NCBI GenBank assembly: GCA_977030845.1
Contig: OZ365114.1
Location: forward strand, 21,080,001-21,144,000
DNA: 64,000 bases
Source of the DNA: Fimbriosthenelais zetlandica
Taxonomy: Eukaryota
Reading direction: 5' to 3'
The position numbers were made by a program, and so were the translations under genes. The notes under the pieces are model-generated. The model had not been told where the DNA came from, did not search any database, and was given only the letters and a program-made list of their open reading frames with translations. Positions 1 to 14,100 of this stretch are shown piece after piece (position 1 is the first letter of the stretch; each line of letters begins with the position of its first letter).

Positions 1-3000
1 GAAGTAGTCGATTTGGAGAGTGGAACAATGAGCAACAATGGCTTTCATCCACATATTCATATCAGGCTGTGACAAAGTCCTTGGAGAGAATGCAAAGTGA
101 AAATGGATGAGGTGTGTAGGTAACATGTTCATGTGCTGATCAATTTCCTGAGACAATGGCCATGTATAATCATTGTACTGGAGGCATAACGTGTTTAAAT
201 CTGGACTAGAAAACTCAGTGAGGTATTTAAGAGCTAGTTATAGTCAATAGCTCCTAGTTCTAGTCAATAGATTAATTAATAGGGTTATATCATTTCTGTA
301 GAATACATAGACGCGTGGGAATAAATTCAGAACATCACTGGGATCTCGAATGTGTCTTCAAAGGGAGAGAATCAGAGAGCCTCCACTCACCCCACATTGC
401 AGGCTATATATGTGTAACTCAGAGAGTCCGAGGACCACATATCTAGAGCCTGGCTCCTCTTTCACCTATAACTGAATAAGGACCCGAAGAGCAGCAGTCC
501 AACTGTTGGTAATTGGCCCTCTAGCAGATTATACAGCAGTCTCAGCCCGCTTATGTATGTAATGCCTTGAGTCCTGATTCTATTACATTGCTGGATCCTG
601 GTATTTTCTGACTTTAGTTGCTGGGGTAAAAAAGAATGCCGTATGGGCTGAGAAGAGTAGCTCGACATAGTAGTGGGAGACTGACAGCTCGCTAACATTG
701 ACATTATGATCTGAAGGAAGATCCAATATACCGACGCTGCCACGCCCATAGCTTTAATCGCAAAGAAAAACTTTTCCGGTGGCAGAAATTCGAATGAATT
801 GAGAACTGATTAGACATCAATTATTATTGTTACAGAACTATATTGTAGTTGGTGAAATAGCTGGACCTCAGTGACTTTTCAGCAGCTGCAGAGATTGTCG
901 CAGAGTTACAAAAGAAGGGTAACATTTCCCATTTGCTTTATTTGGTGACATCTCTGAATACCATCTCATGAGATTAGGCCAATTAGACATTGAGATAGAT
1001 TATAAAAGGACTGGTAACAATTGGGAGAATGTCCTCGGTGCACCTTGGCCTGGCTTGTGCTAATGTTAGCACTGTGCCAGCAGCTGGCGCTAGTATCGCC
1101 TCAGATTAGACCGTCAGAACGAGCTTGTTATCAGTTATCAGATAGCGTGTTATCAAACCATCCTAAGCTAGGTGAAAAATGCCTCCCCTCCTCAGGTTAT
1201 TCCAATCGGGATTTATCTCAGACTACATGGAAGGCTGGGCGGGGATCAGTCTCTGGTGGTATGGTGGAGTGGTGGAGGATGGGGTCATAGGGAAGGACTG
1301 GCAACAGCTGAAACAGTCAGTCCTATGAGAAAGCTCCAGTTAACTGATAGGGAAATGAACCCCGGGCCTGTCACTTTTGTTATCGTGATATCTAAATACA
1401 GCATGATAGGAAGGTAGGAGGAGTAGGCGGGAGAAGCATGTCAGACTGGATGATTTGATTTAGTTTGTTTACTTTTAACCCTCGGACAGGAATAACTGGA
1501 AGATTAGAAACAAGCTAAATCCCAGAGGTACTACAGAATTGATGCAGCTATCAATCAAAGGCTTAATTGAAACATACCAGACTCGAATTTTACTAGTGGA
1601 CTAGATATTTTTTCCATATTCTTTAAATTTTCTAGAAATTCCCAAATTTAAAATCCACAATCTCCACAGTAGGTAACTGATGGTTTCCCCTTCGGCTACC
1701 TCACTGAATGATCGTCTCAGTACAATGTCGTAAACTGACTGATAGCTACAAAGAAGCTTCATGTGTTCTGTCCGATACCACAAAAAATACATGATTTACC
1801 TTTTGCCTTGACAGAGGCTGAGAGTGAGACGACCCATCGAGGCAGAGTGTTTCACCATTTGCATATTAATCAGACCACACTGAACGAGAATATTCATAAA
1901 AATCTCAGAGGAGTTCATCTTTATTCGTAGCACATGCGTAGAACTGTCATTTTCACAAGCAAAAAGAAGACAGAAGCACACATCTCTCCCTGCTCTTCTT
2001 GTATTTAGAAAAGATGTGATTTTGATGACCGGGATGCTAAGATAATAGAAACTTAATTAATCGTAGGGGCCTTGATTGTTGCTGTCACGTCAGAGGCACA
2101 CGTTTTGTCCAATGGCAAGTGGAAATGGCAGCATGCAGGCGGTGGCTGGATAAAATTTCCACTTTTCATTGGTAACACGAGTAATTTGTCTTGCACGAAA
2201 ACGTGCAGTCATTTTAGGTCGTAGGACTGAAGAATGCAATTTTGTGTATTAAATTAATTTCATTAATCTATAGCATTATGTAATTTTATTGTGAACTAAA
2301 TAATCACATTTATTAAATATTGAAGAGCAGTGCACTAGATCTCACACTGATTAATGCTTTTGCCACTCGAAGCCTTTAAACTTAAATTAATTTGGAATCA
2401 TTGCCATCTGAGGATGTTGTACAAGGGGGAGGAAGGGATTAATTTAAGGGTTGATATAATTGAGAATTCTCCATGGAGAGCATGGGAATTATTGATGATT
2501 ATTAATTGGAGATCAAGCAGCCAGACCTTGGCACGAACTAAGCGGATTAAAAACTTCCCCTTAATGAATATCACTGATAATGACTAGCTTTAGGAGGCCA
2601 AATAAGGACACGATTCTTGACACTTTTGGAGACTCCTTTACAGCTCACCAGATACCTAGTTTTGGCCTTCTTCTGGGATACCTTTTTTGACTAATTAAAA
2701 TAAAGCCTATATACAAATTAATACATGTATCATGTTTTACCATATCTGTGGGAAGAAATATACCATGCATGTATTAATAGAGCATGAGATGACCTGGGAA
2801 GGTAAGCCATATTGGATTATAGGCCCTGCTGATAGCTGAAGTTCATAAGCATCAACTCCTAAATCATGAACTGGGTGGCGCGAACGCTTCCACTTTAGCT
2901 AACGGAGAGTAAACCTTTATCAATCATCCACACTCTAAATCCATACAATCGACTTTTCCGTTGGATATAGAAAATCTTCAAAATATCAGAGAAGACCAAC

Positions 3001-6000
3001 GGATGGTCACTCCAAAAGATATCTGGAGAATATTCCAGAAGCCCTCAACTGATGCTCTTTATCACGATTCCTGAATCATGACTTCAAATTAACATTTTAT
3101 GACCCAAAAATTAATGTTTGCGAAAGTGTACTACCGGTAAAATAACAGTAAGGATTAACAGTGGAGGAACTAAACGATTTAGCAATTAATGGACCTAAGC
3201 CGAGCTTGCCACTATATTGGAGGCGGTGGGTTATCTAAAGATATGAATTATAGATGTCTTCATACACCAAGGTCGTGTGTATTGTCATGAGCAAGCGAGA
3301 GGAAAAGGACCGGGAACCCCATTACCTAAGGGCAGAAGGTTAATGAAGGGCAGGCATATTTTCACCTAAATTAGTTTCCCTTATCACGTGTTGGTGGCAA
3401 TCGGTTATGACTGGTTGACGTATGTCACGTGTGAAGAAGCCGTTGGGAGAGGACTTCCGGTGTGCTAGAAGCCTGGAGGAGTGTAACAAGGCGTCAGCAT
3501 GTAGTGACATGTAAATAGATTGGTGGATGTGGGTGAATATAATAAGGCAAGAGGCAGGAGGAACAGGACTTTAACACCATTTACAATACTCCCCTATCAC
3601 GTTCAAAGCCTACAAACAACGGTACCTAATTAAAACCCCTATAGAAATTGGCACATAAGTAGCATAGTACATCACATATATTTGTTTCTAACAGTTTTAC
3701 ATAGGGTGACAAGCATTTTTAACAGTGAGTGGGTCGATGACAGCAGATTATTGTGCAACCATGGGAAGTCATAATATCTGCAGGGCACTGAGCCGGAACC
3801 TTGTTTCCCCGATCTGTCATTTGTTCCGAACGATTGTTTCCACTCATCAGACTCTTAATCTGACATGGGAAAAAGTGACATGATGAGAACACTCCCAAAT
3901 CACTCATCAACCAAAGTGGCAGCTCAAAGCTTTCTTTTCCCAAAACATAATTATCTGTGGGAATCCACATGGGACTGATATTCCCTTTGCAAAAGGCTGG
4001 CATTTAATTTTGCCTATGGAATTTAAAACATAATGGCTGCGAAACCTATCTAGCATCAGGCTTTTTTTTTTTTTATCTCGGAAAGATTATTTGAAAAGCT
4101 CAAAGCATGTTTCCACTCGGAATCATTTTCACTCATTCTGTATGGCCAGATTATGGATCCATCGTGAGATTAGGCCTATAGAACTATTAGGCAGAATACA
4201 AATTTTTTACAATCGTTGTATTAAAACAATACAGGTCTATTATATGTATAATGCAGCAAAACCCCACAGAACTACCGAGCTTTCATATGAAGAACTTCGA
4301 CCGTACATATAGAGTGTACAGCATTGAGGATATTGCATTGGCAATCTTCCATTTCCCACCAATGGCAGCTAGTGTAGCACTGATGCCAGGGTTAGATATC
4401 TGTTGATCTGTCACAAAGTGGGGGTGGACTGATTATAAGCAAAGCCTGAGGAAATTAATCACAAGGCCTGAGGAGGCTGAGTGGAGATAAGAGGGACAGA
4501 GAACCGGTGAAAACTGTCTACAGATCTGGTGAAAACTGTCCTAGATACGACACACAGACGGGAAAGTCCAGTCTACCCGGCGAGTCACTGTCGTCTGTGA
4601 AAATTGGAAGTAGATCTGGTACCTGATTTGAAGGTCTAGAAAATATCAATGAACAGAAATACAGTACTATATTCAGAGAATTCTGAAATCTGACAACTAC
4701 TTATCAATTATTTCATCATCAACATTACATTGTACGTGTGAGACCAAATGTAAAATATTTTTGCATCTGCCTCCAAGTATATCACTATTTAAATCCCTCA
4801 TCCTTGAGGGAATCCCTTGGGCCATCCTTCCCCATCTCAATTTAATCATCATTCACTGATACTTCAATCTTCATTCATATATTAATGCGCTAAATCATTA
4901 ACAACACCTTGGGCTTCCTAAACCATTCAATAAGGCTTCTAGGGTCAGGGGAGTGTTAATGGGAGTGAACCCTGTTGGGGCCATCCCAATTTGAGCCTCC
5001 CAATTATCGGTCAATCCATCCATTGTATGACGCATGCTACTTTCATCAAGACACATTGGCATCTAGGGGAGAATATTCTATTAAGCAGGACATGTTTCTC
5101 TATGAACACATTTACAGTATTTCCTATTCATTTTCAGCGAGCAAGGCTTGATGATGACTGCCTGACGCCTTTGGACAAAGACGACACCACGGGGATCCAA
5201 ATTTCCCCCCGAAAGGACAGGAGTCAATATTGACGGAGGGCTGGCTGGACGCTGCCAATATATTGCAGCTATGACCAACAGGCTGGACGGCGTGATGAGA
5301 GGCGGAGTCAGGAACACCTCCATCAGGCTGTTCCACACCTGATTTAGACAGGCCAAGCCCCGGATGAAGAGGTGTGTGACCGCTGAAAATGAAGCGCCGG
5401 GGAGTAGTGAAAAGCTGGCAAGTCAGCCATTATTGCTCTAGCTTGACGACACTGGCAATTACTGATACATTCATCAGTTACATTTGAAGCAACTCATCAG
5501 AACGATGATTCTGAGCATGAGGCTTTTTAAACCAATTTAATCAACAGCGAACCCTATGCACAATGCTCATTTCATGCCAGATATAGATGTTTGAACTTGT
5601 TCAATAAAGGCCAGGCCTTTGACCAAGAAGCAGAGACAGGAAAAGTCAGGTAGGATCAATGCCTTATCAGCCCAGCATTTGAAGCAGCTTGTGGACAGGA
5701 ACCCGCATTAAAGAGTGGGCTTATACCCGACTAAAGACCTCATCAAACCGGCCTGCCCGAGCTGCTCCCAGAGGGCCAAGAGCAGTTCACAGGACCGATG
5801 GAACCCACCCGCTCCCCATCAATGATGCATAGGGCCAGCCATAGGAAATACAATTGGTGCTCTGTTCTTCCTCCTTCACAACAAGTGGCTCGTTGTCAAT
5901 GCTTGATAGCACACTTATGACGCTTTTTAGAAGTTATATGATCAATTAGTGACTGGGCTATAGGCCCCCAAGCAAATTTACTTTGATACTCATGTGACTT

Positions 6001-8760
6001 TCGTTGTCTTTTGCCTTTTCTTGTCGCTTTCTTGATGTGCCATTTATAATTCATAATGTCCTCCTCGTATCGCCAATGTGCAGGAAGAAATAACACATGC
6101 AATATGTCATGTATATCAGCTTCCTTGACTCATGGAACATGGACAATGGCGCATGGAGGTATCTTCCTTAAACAATCCATTTTCACAAAAGCTTTTCTTC
6201 CCAGGCATTGTGTCCTATGATCAGTCATTCTGTGGGCTTTAGTAGAGCAGTCTTTTTGTCAGCAGCCACACATTCCAGGTCAGCCAGAACATGGAAGAAT
6301 GAGTATTGTCAGGTGGCCCAGGTAAAATATGAGAGATGATGGCAGGTCGTTAACTGGGCTGACTGCTACAGCCTGTTACCACCATTATGCTGTTAAACAT
6401 GTGTGATTTGAGTGTCACCCAGCCTAATCACCACTCACTTCAACACGGCCCCCACATTAGATCCACCCATGACAGTTATATCACTGACAGAATGGCAGGG
6501 TGCTGATAGGACTCCCACAATTTTAGATAGTATGGTTTGATGCTGATGTCTCTTCCGCAAATTATAGGCAGAGACCACCATTGCTGCATGAAAATGCAGC
6601 AGCTGCGGCAGGTTCAGCACATAATGAAATGGAAGCAATTCTAATGATTGAATCCTCGATAGGAGCAATTCTGGAGCTTGAATCCCAAAAGGCTGAAAGG
6701 TTGAGCACAGATTAGCATTCTTGGGAAAACCGTCATTAGAGAGAAAACCAGGGACAACATCCAGCTGTAATTTCCATCTCAAGGCAAAACTCATTTACGA
6801 TATTTTGTAATTTTGAGAGAGAGGGAGAGAAGGGGGCGGGGGGAGGAGTGACAGAGTGACGCCATATTATGTTTAGATGGCCACAGCTTGTTCCCAAATC
6901 AGCCTCTTAAAAACATCTCTACCAGCAAACCATCAAGCAATTAGTGAACGTGAGACATAGAGAACTGCCACAGACTCTCGGGAGGGATTAAGAGCAGAAG
7001 GCAAGGAATGCTCTCTTGATTTCCCCAGGTATGGCCGGCTGGCAGTAATGAGAAGAAAAGCCTGCCTTATCTGGGATATATAGGTCTATTAACTCTCTAC
7101 CTACTGTCATACATATACAGACAGTAATGATGGTGCAGAGGTGTGAGCTACAGACGAACTGTAGGCCTACATTGTACTAATACAACATGCCATGATCCTA
7201 ATGGAACTAAAGTATGGATGAACTGACCACTTATGTAGGCTCCATATAATAAATGCCCACTGGTATCTAGTGGTATTGACAGTAAAAGGAAATGTGTTGG
7301 TGGAATGACGACCATTACAAACTGTTATCAGATAAGATGGGGAACTACTGATCGCATTGGATTATGTTCCGTCATAGAGAATGAATCTTTTATGACAGGG
7401 CATGTCAATTAGCCAGAGTTTTTCATATATTTACAGGCGGTCTCTGACCCTAGAGGGCATAGTTCCAATTTATATTTCATTCCCTGATACAGTGGGTTCA
7501 GACTTCCTTTTATCCCGACAGATCGGGCCTGTCACTTTCCATTGTAAGCTGTCATTTTATAAGGCTTTAGAAAGAACTGGGGAAATGGAATAAACTGTGT
7601 TGATTCCTCTGTGTTTGCCAGCTATATCATGTTTGCTATAAGCTTAGGCAATAGTTCCAACTCTGGTAACAAACATGCAGGGCATGATAGCTGTCAAAGG
7701 TCCATTGTATGTAGCACCAGTAATAAAAGGGAACAATTAGATGACATATTCTCTATCACCAGCACTAAATTAATATGCAAGTTTCCAATAGAAGACATTG
7801 AATCTCTAGTGGATAAAAGGAGGTTTGTAATTTATTTGATTGTTAGCATTACTTTTGATTGGTAGCACTTCATCGTAAATTTACGATTGAAAAGTAGCTT
7901 CATCAATATCTCGATTAGAGAGTGTCTTAAAATAAAACAATCAGTTAATGGAGAGATCAATAGTGCTAATGGCAACCAATATGATTCCTTTATACTTTCT
8001 TGAGATGGAATTCATTGGCCCATCCATTGATCATTTGTTGGGCACGGCTAGGGTGACATGTCTGAGTGCGGTATCAATTACTGGAAATGGCAACATAGGA
8101 ACTAAGGTACATACATACTACTCCATGGTTGCCATGTTCAAATGGCTCAGTACCCTGTAAATGGAAGACCTACAGAGTAAATCCATTAGATTCTCTGGTT
8201 CCAACTCGGAGCGATTGATATAAAGCGGAGCGGATCGAGCTATCTTGATTCTGAACCAACCGAGCCCCACATATACCATATGTCCAATTTCCACAAGCAT
8301 AGAAACACATTATTTTAATATGTTCGCAATATTTCCCTGTTTGAGAACCAATAATTCCGACCCTCTAATAGCTCGCAGCCCTGAACATAATGGAATACTA
8401 TATAAAAACTGCCATCTTACTTCATGTCTATTACCGGGGACGATACATGGACTCTTCCCATAATTATGAGGCTTTGTAGTCTGCAACAGGTTTTTGTCAG
8501 TGTATATATGGGATGGCAATAGGTGGTGGAGGTATTTATAAGGCTGGAGTTTTTCTGTATATATGCCATGCCAAGCTTCCATTACTTAGGCATAGGGTGA
8601 CATCATCTTAATGGGTGGGAAAGAAAAGCAACAATAAGTACGTGCTGCTAGCACCCATAAAGCAATCCAACCCAAAATGGGATGTCGTAATGGGAGGAAA
8701 ATACATGTATTAATACCAGGAGAATCGCCCACAGAAACGGTATGGGCTGTATCATGTACA

Positions 8761-8998
8761 GGTTTTTCACGCGACGGTCCGCCATTTTGGACATAACACT
8801 GAACATCTGCGACGTAGGTTACGTCTAAAAACATTCATGTAGAATGGCAGCTTCTTGTGAGCCGACCGCTACAATTATTTCTAACTTTGTAAGCCATGTT
8901 GTTTGGACGTAGCCTACGTCGTAGATGTGCAGTGTTTTACATCCAAAATGACGGACCGTCACGTTGTGACGCAAGGGGACGTCGCGTGAAAACCCTCT
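8761..8998. mobile_element. Non-autonomous foldback DNA element (MITE-like), ~235 bp, with ~75-100 bp imperfect terminal inverted repeats
   Basis: The left arm 8761-8834 (GGTTTTTCACGCGACGGTCCGCCATTTTGGACATAACACTGAACATCTGCGACGTAGGTTACGTCTAAAAACAT) is the reverse complement of the right arm 8896-8994, apart from scattered substitutions, small indels and a ~23-bp extra block in the right arm. The spacer is ~60 bp. It is CpG-rich relative to its flanks and has no coding capacity. No clean target-site duplication is visible; superfamily not determined. Confidence 0.8.
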
Positions 8999-11081
8999 TA
9001 TATACACAATACAGTATGGAATATTAATATTAGTAAATAATGTCCATCATTCGGCCATGCTTTACATCAATATGAATGAATGGTACATCAGGCGTAAAGC
9101 GATATGTCGTAAATCATAGGTCAGCTGCAGGAGGTGGGTCTATACAGTCTCAAGTAGTATAGTCCCAAAAGCACAAAAGAACTGAAAGTCCATTCTATGC
9201 AGGGTGTTCCTCCTCAGAAGGACAACGGGTTGGAGTCTAGTAATATTTTATGTGTACACTATGCTAGTCCAAGAGCTAATTTAGTGCATTTTCCTTCTAA
9301 AATGAGTTGCCGGACAACCTGGCCAGAAGAGCAGACGTTATATAGAAAGGCTTGCATCTCTACATGAAAGTGGAACATGGTCTATAGATAAATATTGGTA
9401 TACAGACACATTGTGCATGCAACCCCAGCAATTCCCCCAAGTAAGGGAGTCCAATGTCAAAGGCAAACCTAACAGCGTTACAGCAATGTAGTGTCATGTA
9501 ACTGCAATGTGAGTCTGACTATTAAGTGAATGCAGTGTGAGTGATGCAGCTATTTCACTGGATGATTCTGCTTTCTGTGACAAGGTAGAGTGGCATATTG
9601 CTTTGTGTTTTGGTGGTTCCCTTGACTCCTCCCCTGTGCACAATGAATCCACTGGGCTATTTACATGCCTAGCTTTCTCCATCAAGGTTTGACTCTCTGG
9701 TGACGCCATGAAAAACCTGGCAATAACTTAGGATATATCAATGTCAATTGCGCCTGAGCTTATTTATATTCTGCCAGTTTTAATTGTATTACACTATAGG
9801 ACTTCATTTTCCTGATACTGAAGCTCGCAAGGCAGGTGTTTATAGTGGGATGCTGAACCCCAAGCAGTTGATAAACCTTGGGTGTATTATTATCTACAAA
9901 TTAAGGGAAGAGGTAGCTAGCAGAGGCCTGCCGTGAGTTTATGGTGACATCCAACAGTGATTGATTTGATACAGTTCGTAAAAATACCATGTTGTCATGT
10001 CACTGTACAAACAAGTAGGGAATTGCTGGATTCCGATCTACTGTTAATTTCACACCATGGAGGAATCAGTGTTGAGCATGAGAGAGTGTAGTAGGAGTGG
10101 GAGGAGGAGGAGGGTGACTGAGTACTATATAGAAGCACGCTGGCACCAGTCAGGTGGATGTACCATATCAGACTATGGAAAGCATGGCCATACATAACCC
10201 CTACAATGTTCTCCCTCCCAGCAGCCCTCCTCCATCTGTGCACTCTCCCACAGTGAGAGGTAGTTAGGCTGGTACTTAGCGATGTGCTGATAGTGTGCTG
10301 GCCAGCCATCCTCCTCCCTATAGCCAGGCCTGTCTAAGTGTCTGATGAATGACACCACTGCCTGCTCTAATAGAATTTTAACCCAGTGTTATCTACACAA
10401 CAGATGCTCAGCTGCTCGGACTAGACAATGCCACCAGCTCGCCAATGTCCGAGTTTGAGTCAGATAATCCACCTCTACAGTCAGTACACTGTGTTGAACT
10501 TTCAAAAAGTCGGTAGCAATCGATAAAAGCCGTGAATGGGTAACAGAAGTAGAGTGTATATGCTTTGCTAGGGTTTTGCACTTTCAGGTATGGCTTAGAG
10601 TAAAACAATTTAGCGACAATAACTCGCACCAATATACATGTGCATATATATGTATTTCATTTCTGAAAGGAATACATCAATGGAATTATTTTCCGATATA
10701 ACTGGGCCAAATTCCCATTGAGACATGAACTGACTCCCACTTGGCAAGTTTCGCAACGGTTGTGCACCTTCATGTTCTAACTTTATGGACCTCAGTGGCC
10801 TGCCTGGTCCTCTGCCACCAAGCATTTTTCAGTGGATTCATGGATCATGACATTCAAGGTGTGATTTTTTTCAGCTGTCATGGCTGCCTCACACACATGC
10901 TTCCTTATTGGATCATAGCGCCTGATTAGAACTTTCATACAACATGAAGCCTTCCAGCCAAGGTCCTTGCTTTTTCCCTGCAAGAGACCACTGCTGGAAT
11001 CTCCAACATTTTGAGGGCTTGAGGGGCTCTATAGAATGTTATATCCAAGTCGAGCATAAAGAAAAGTATGGTTAACTCCAT

Positions 11082-11143
11082 TCTGTCTCTGTCTCTGTCT
11101 GTTCCTCTGTGTCTCTGTCTCTGTCTCTCTCTGAGTCTCTCTC
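11082..11143. repeat. Imperfect (TCTCTG)n / (TC)n microsatellite
   Basis: Read directly: TCTGTCTCTGTCTCTGTCTGTTCCTCTGTGTCTCTGTCTCTGTCTCTCTCTGAGTCTCTCTC. Confidence 0.9.
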
Positions 11144-14100
11144 AAGATGCAGACTTAGAATGAAATGCCTCTTCAGACGTCTTAACTATATTAGTATAGT
11201 CTGGACCAGAGTCTGGCTATACTCAAAAGCCTTTAAAACCCACAAAATTGTCAGACTCATCTTCGAAGGGAAAAGGTTACCTCATTGACCTTTCCTCCGG
11301 GGGAATATATTGGTGTAATTCAGGGTAGAAATTGCTTTCCAGGGATTTATCTATAAATTCATATTGCTCTTAGTACCTTTGCCTGTTTGGCCCAGGGCAG
11401 TGTCAAGGGGGGAACTTCCAATATACCACACCTAGGATTAGATTAGCAATAATCCGACCAGTGAAAGACTTGTGTTATGGTCTATACCCCTTCTTTGTGT
11501 AATATACATACATGAGATCATTGGTAGGCTCTGGGGGTGCTGGCAAGAGGTGTCATTGCCTTATTACAAACCGTATATTGCCAGACCCCCTACCATATCC
11601 AGACTATATCTCCAGCTGGGTACTGGTCAACCTCTCGAATCTAGTTGGAAGTGACAGGCAGTAGGCTGGATGTATGCAGGTTGATGACTGGCCGGGCATA
11701 ATTGTTGCCATTGTTTGCCATCAAAACCCCGAGTGATTATCCTGGGTGAAACATTTGTTCAAAATTTCTTCTACCACAGACAATGTGTCTCCCAGTATAG
11801 AAGACCAGCTGAATCTGCCCTCACCTCATCATTTCCCCATGCAGGGATGTACGCATCTGCTTTTATCTATTGGCAGCATTCCAAATATTACGCCCAACGG
11901 CAGTGCAATAGATCGCTCTTTTGCTCGTGTACGGTTTCCCAAGCCTATTGATAACCTTTTGTTTCTGGAGCTGATAAAGTTAGCAGATATTTAGACCCTC
12001 TTCTGACCGCGAGTTCATTCTCTAATTACAACTGTCTCCATCTCCCCTGAATCACATCTCTCCTGACACTCCGGTCAGGTCAGTCATAATCCAATCTACG
12101 GAGACGACACCGGCTGATAGGAGTGGATAGCTATGAAGAGGGAGTTTTGTTGCTCATTCTGGCATCATGAGACATGGAAATATTCACAAAGTGGCCTCAT
12201 CACTACTGGCTTTTCCTAATAGAGCCACCCAGAACAAGGGAAAAGCAGAAATGGGCCCGACTAAGTAGGAAAAAAGAGTTCTTGACAGGAGTATCAACAT
12301 GGGCTTCATAACCATTCTGATGTTGCTCAACATGGCTGTTTTGGGAGTCTGACTTTGTGGTGGTAGTCACTTTGTACCGTGAACAGCCCAAGAGAGGCCT
12401 CAGCTCACCAGTCCTGCTTCCTATCCAAGCCTTGGGTCCTGCCGGTTTCTCCCTCATTCAGTCGTTTGATAAATGTAGTAAATTACCTTAATGATGTTTA
12501 GCTCTAGATCCATCTTATGTTTTGTGAGATTGAAGTAGGCCTAAATTGATGTTCAAGAGCTAAGCTATGGACAAATGGTGAGCCCTCAGGGTATTGGGTG
12601 AGATGGTTAAAGAGACATTACTAGAGGGGGGCAGGTGTCCTGTCTTGACTAGAATGACATTTCAAACCTGTTTGATCAGGTTATTTAGCTTCTAGGCACT
12701 CAAAAGATATGGCAGAGTTGGGTTTGGAGGAAACCATAGACAATATGAAACGCTGCTTAATGATCAAAGTCATGTTCAGCACATCCATGATACAGGAACT
12801 CAGAAGGCCTGATGGTTTTGTGTACATGTAATCTCTTGGTATCTTGGTTGCCCCTTTAAGGGAGAAATACATGCAGTGTTTGGATGATGTGCTAAGCCGC
12901 CAGCTTCATTTACATAGGATCTCTTAAGTAAGGGTTAGAGAAAGGAGCTGCTTCTCCAAACAGCGAGCAGTTGATACACTTTTACGGGCAGTGTTGAGCC
13001 GAGAGACCACTCGCTCTAAATGCTCACTTTAGGGACTTTATATGTAGCAATTGTCTGCGCTCTCAGTCCATAATCCACTCATTCCAGCCCAGCGGAGTCG
13101 AGCCTCTGACTTCAAATAGAAGAGGTTTTTTGTTTGGAAAAACTAAAGTCACTAGAGTGGCCTTATGGACCAAGCAAGGCCTGAGGGAATCTACTGGTGG
13201 AAACTATAATGTATTTATTATGCATCTAACTTGATGTAGTGAAGGCCGGGGTATAATGATAAAAGTAGGCGGACTTTTATGCAAATAAATTGCCATGGTC
13301 TCTGTCTGTTTTTAGCTCTATCTATTTCTCTTTTGGGAATAGGTCTGCTTTCCAAAGTCATTGGTCACAACCAAATCTGGCCAACAGTTCATACATTTCA
13401 CATTGATGTACACGCTTACAGTCTCCAACACACCCACATGATTTTTGTTATTATGGAATAATTTTGGTTCACTGGGGATTAGCTTTGAGGAGTTGAGTTG
13501 CGGACAATAAATTCTAAAAAGGTCCATCAAGAGAGGCATTTTTCATAAGGGAAGTACTTGCATCGTTTTTGAAAGGGAATTATTCAGAGGACACTTAATG
13601 AAAAGAAACGATGTAATAAAAAGATAGTCAATGGTGTAATCACTCATTACGGGATCATCAATCTGGCCTAGTAACAAAAACCTATGAAGACAGACTATGA
13701 GGGATAATAGGACCCTGAAGCCATGTACGGCTTTTAAAAGTGGCTTTCTCTTGTGGAATGTATTATGATCCAACCTTTGGCCCAGGAAGCTACTTCCCAT
13801 CCTCCAAGCTGTGAAGGATGTTACCTTATAGAAATTATGTGGGCAAAGAAAAAAAGACTAATCCATATCATTATTTATAAATCAATTTGAGAATATTTAA
13901 ATCTGGACAGAGAGTGATGTCGTTTGTATTGATCCACTGTGTGACATATCACATCATTTGAAATGATTTGCAAAATGAAGTCACGAGAGACCGGTATTTG
14001 AAACTTGTTGGGAGGTTGAATTGAGTTGGACTTTCGGTAAAGGAGTCAATGTGATTCATGATATAATAATTGGTAATTGCGAAGGAGACTGGAGCGTCGT

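Noticed and set aside
1800-1879. Minus-strand exon-like unit TTCTCGTTCAG|TGT...AAAAG|GTAAAT starting with a Cys codon, considered as exon 2 of the GPCR
   Set aside because: Its translation (CGLINMQMVKHSASMGRLTLSLCQGK) has no similarity to the expected CxPG...GCS...WNL sequence.
11194-11222. Short imperfect palindrome GTATAGTCTGGACCAGAGTCTGGCTATAC (a similar-style one lies at ~22865-22907)
   Set aside because: Possibly a MITE footprint, but too short and degenerate to call.
13543-13800. ORF containing HKRKPLLKAVH, reminiscent of the Tc1 transposase RKKPLL motif
   Set aside because: No following FA..H, W..V..SDE or DDE motifs in this ORF or in the parts of the other frames I checked; no TIRs seen.
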